DNA of 64,000 nt from an uncultured virus (IMG/VR IMGVR_UViG_3300042477_000445) (lineage: Duplodnaviria > Heunggongvirae > Uroviricota > Caudoviricetes): IMG/VR virus record IMGVR_UViG_3300042477_000445, positions 1 through 64,000 of that record. One strand, written 5' to 3'. Numbering within the stretch: position 1 is the stretch's first letter; each line of letters starts with the position of its first letter. The position numbers and the translations under genes were made by a program. The notes under the pieces were generated by a model that saw nothing but the letters and a program-made list of their open reading frames with translations, did not search any database and was not told the origin of the DNA. Below are positions 61,563 through 64,000 of this stretch, one piece after another.

Positions 61563-63626
61563 ATGTTAAAGAAAATAATACCGCTTTTATTTTTAGTCTC
61601 CTGTTCGCAAGAGACAGCAGCGCCCACTATTCAAGGGGGCATTGGCTTTGACATACAGCAAGACACCACCATCATTGTTAAAGATATAGAACAACCAGAT
61701 GTTATTGAATCAGACACAGAACCAGTGGAAGATACACAGGTAGAAGACGCGGAAAATGACCTAGAAAATACGGAAATAATAGAAGTAGAAGAAGATGCGG
61801 TCGAAGATGTTGAGCCTCCTGTAGAGGACACAGAAGAGCCTGAATGTATTGATGAAGACGGCGATGGGTTTGGTGAAAACTGCAACTTTGGTATTGATTG
61901 CGATGACTTCAATCCAAACTTTGGAGATGTATGCCCAGATTGCTCAAAGGCTGGAACTATAGGCTGTACTTGTTCTGGCAAGCCTTTATCGTGTTATGAA
62001 TACGATCCAGCGACAGTAGGAAAAGGCTTGTGTAAAAAAGGTCAGCAATTATGTACAGACGGCTTCTGGAAAGCATGTAGCGGGAGCATTGGACCAGCAC
62101 CAGAACTCTGCGACTTCAAAGACAACGACTGCGATGGCGAAACAGACGAGGGCGTAAAATCAACTTGTGGTAATTGTGATCTAACTTGTAATCAACAAAC
62201 TATTGGTTCTGGTGGTAAAGGATGGAATCTAAATAGTGAAAATGCTACAGGGCTTGGTTTGGATCCACAAGGTAATGTAACTCTTGATTTATCAGCGATC
62301 TCGCTCAACTTGAAGTTTATTTGGATCGCAAACTCACCAAATAACACTGTATCCAAAGTTGATTGTAAGACCATTACAGAAGTTGGTAGATTCCAAGTTT
62401 GCTCAGACCCTTCAAGAACTTCTGTTGACCTTGAGGGAAATGTTTGGGTTGCTTGCCGTGGCGATGGTGCCGTAACAAAAATTATCGCAGATAAAACAAA
62501 ATGTGCTGATAAAAACGGCAATGGTATTATTGAAACATCGACAAGCTCACAGCCAATAGGCAATGATGAGTGTATCAAGTTTATTGTAAACCCCGGCAAA
62601 GGATCTTATGCTAGAGGTGCCGCTGTAGATAAAGAAAATCATGTATGGATAGGTTATTGGAACCAAAAAACAATGGTTCGTCTTAATGCCAACACTGGCG
62701 CAACGATGACGGAAATTCCATTGGGTGTATCGCCCTATGGTTTAGTAATTGACCAAAAGGGAATGATCTGGGCGCAAGGTGAGTTCAACACGCTGGTCAT
62801 GATAGACCCTTTGACACAAGTCGTTACAAAGAATAATACCTTACCACAACTAAAGTTCCCTGCTAGTGCTTACGGGCTTAATGTAGATAAGTATGGTCGT
62901 TTGTGGGTTGCTTCGGGCAACAAAGCATCTGTTTATGATCCCAAGACATTACAATGGAAGGTCGTTAACATGAACTGGGGTGGTGGTCGTGGTGTTGCTA
63001 CATCAAATGATGGTTATACTTATGTCGCCGTAGATGGTTCAGGCGGGGCAGTAAAAATAAATGGCAATGTTGATCCACCACAAGTAGAAGGTTTTATCAA
63101 GGGAGCAGGAAGCCCTGTCGGTGCTGCTATTGACTATGATGGTTTTGTTTGGGTCGTAAATCAAGGTGGTTCAAGCGCAACAAAGATGGATCCAAATACA
63201 ATGTCTGCGGTAGGAACTGTTTCAGTTGGTTCATCTCCATACACATACTCAGACATGACTGGTTATACTCTAAACTACTTTACTGCGCCAAAAGGTCAAT
63301 ACAGCACAGTATTCTTTGGAAGTGTATCATCAAACCCAATAACAACTTCCACAATGAAACAAGTGTGGCAGTCAATTTCAGCAGAAGCGGATCTTCCAGA
63401 AGGGACAGCATTGAGGTTTAGATTAAGAGCGGGCAATACAAAAGTAGAACTAGAAAATGCTAAATGGTCTGAGCCTATTGATTTTCCGCCAGAAGTATTT
63501 CCTTATGATCTTACCAAGGCAAATATTATCGGCAACATGCTACAAGTTGAAATACAGTTGACAACAAAAGATAAAAAGGTTGCTCCAACTCTAAAATCTA
63601 TAACGGCGAAGTCCAAACTGATTTAA
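61563..63626 (+). CDS. Lipoprotein with MopE-like metal-binding motifs and a beta-propeller (Vgb/NHL-like)
   Basis: LFLVSC lipobox; DEDGDGFG...DCDD, ELCDFKDNDCDGETDEG; repeated VD--G-VW blades; PYTYSDMTG. Confidence 0.8.
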   Translation: MLKKIIPLLFLVSCSQETAAPTIQGGIGFDIQQDTTIIVKDIEQPDVIESDTEPVEDTQVEDAENDLENTEIIEVEEDAVEDVEPPVEDTEEPECIDEDGDGFGENCNFGIDCDDFNPNFGDVCPDCSKAGTIGCTCSGKPLSCYEYDPATVGKGLCKKGQQLCTDGFWKACSGSIGPAPELCDFKDNDCDGETDEGVKSTCGNCDLTCNQQTIGSGGKGWNLNSENATGLGLDPQGNVTLDLSAISLNLKFIWIANSPNNTVSKVDCKTITEVGRFQVCSDPSRTSVDLEGNVWVACRGDGAVTKIIADKTKCADKNGNGIIETSTSSQPIGNDECIKFIVNPGKGSYARGAAVDKENHVWIGYWNQKTMVRLNANTGATMTEIPLGVSPYGLVIDQKGMIWAQGEFNTLVMIDPLTQVVTKNNTLPQLKFPASAYGLNVDKYGRLWVASGNKASVYDPKTLQWKVVNMNWGGGRGVATSNDGYTYVAVDGSGGAVKINGNVDPPQVEGFIKGAGSPVGAAIDYDGFVWVVNQGGSSATKMDPNTMSAVGTVSVGSSPYTYSDMTGYTLNYFTAPKGQYSTVFFGSVSSNPITTSTMKQVWQSISAEADLPEGTALRFRLRAGNTKVELENAKWSEPIDFPPEVFPYDLTKANIIGNMLQVEIQLTTKDKKVAPTLKSITAKSKLI

Positions 63627-63629
63627 CAA

Positions 63630-63637
63630 ACTATTTA
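63630..63637 (+). promoter_or_regulatory. Putative late promoter motif ACTATTTA
   Basis: Intergenic, 5 nt before ATG 63643. Confidence 0.55.
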
Positions 63638-63642
63638 TAGTA

Positions 63643-64000
63643 ATGTTAGTTATTTTTAAGCTGAGTTTCTGGATCAGCTTATTGTTCTCTTGTAGACCAG
63701 TAGATCCAGTAATAAGCAACAAAATAATTGATTCAGTTGAGTTTCAGGAATCGAGAGGTGTAGCTTCTGTAAGAGATAATGGTTATTGTGTTGGGTTAAT
63801 GCAGATAGATAGAAGATATTCTCCAATACAAAAACCTTATTTAAAAATTCCTTATCTCAATCGAATCATTGGCGTGCGAATGCTTCGATATTGGCATAAG
63901 CAGGCGAGAGGTGATATGAATCATGCTCTTGCGGCCTATAATTGTGGATATGCTGGATTAAATACCACTTGCGGTTCTGGATATGCCAGCGCCGTTTTAA
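63643..64000 (+). CDS. Lytic transglycosylase (SLT domain), runs off the window end; not in ORF track
   Basis: Translated by hand: MLVIFKLSFWISLLFSC...QESRG...VGLMQI...ALAAYNCG...GYASAVL (ES, GLMQ, AYN motifs). Confidence 0.88.
   Translation, partial: MLVIFKLSFWISLLFSCRPVDPVISNKIIDSVEFQESRGVASVRDNGYCVGLMQIDRRYSPIQKPYLKIPYLNRIIGVRMLRYWHKQARGDMNHALAAYNCGYAGLNTTCGSGYASAVL

Noticed and set aside
1..64000. Stop-codon reassignment as in some large phages
   Set aside because: Core genes are full length in the standard code, and TAA, TAG and TGA all end genes at tight junctions
1..64000. tRNA, rRNA, integrase, transposase, tail sheath or tube genes
   Set aside because: None recognised; intergenic gaps are too short for RNA genes apart from the terminators noted

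Overview
The window is a 64 kb segment of a large, AT-rich, T4-like (myovirus-type) dsDNA phage genome. Essentially all genes are on the + strand, tightly packed, and read in the standard code. In order: (1) 1-7.8 kb, a sugar-nucleotide/glycan cluster (CMP-nonulosonate cytidylyltransferase, class III aminotransferase, VOC, TIM-barrel isomerase, SDR, Maf/DUF115-like protein, HAD phosphatase, a frameshifted methyltransferase-like gene, fcl, gmd); (2) small genes and a gp55-like late sigma factor; (3) 10-38 kb, baseplate/tail structural genes (gp5-like, gp25, gp6, LamG protein, large Ser/Thr/Gly-rich proteins); (4) RuvC-like resolvase, primase and a fused Mre11-Rad50 (gp47-gp46) nuclease; (5) a head module (TerL, portal, prohead protease, very acidic scaffold, major capsid protein) that also contains an S74 tail-fibre gene and ribosomal protein bS21; (6) right after the capsid terminator, four secreted or lipoprotein genes of myxobacterial style (Cys-rich repeat lipoprotein, OM beta-barrel/OmpA-like protein, MopE-motif/beta-propeller lipoprotein, lytic transglycosylase). 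A recurring ACTATTTA motif marks probable late promoters, one of which drives a self-contained 22-aa Lys-rich peptide unit missed by the ORF track. All calls come from motif recognition by eye; no database searches were run.
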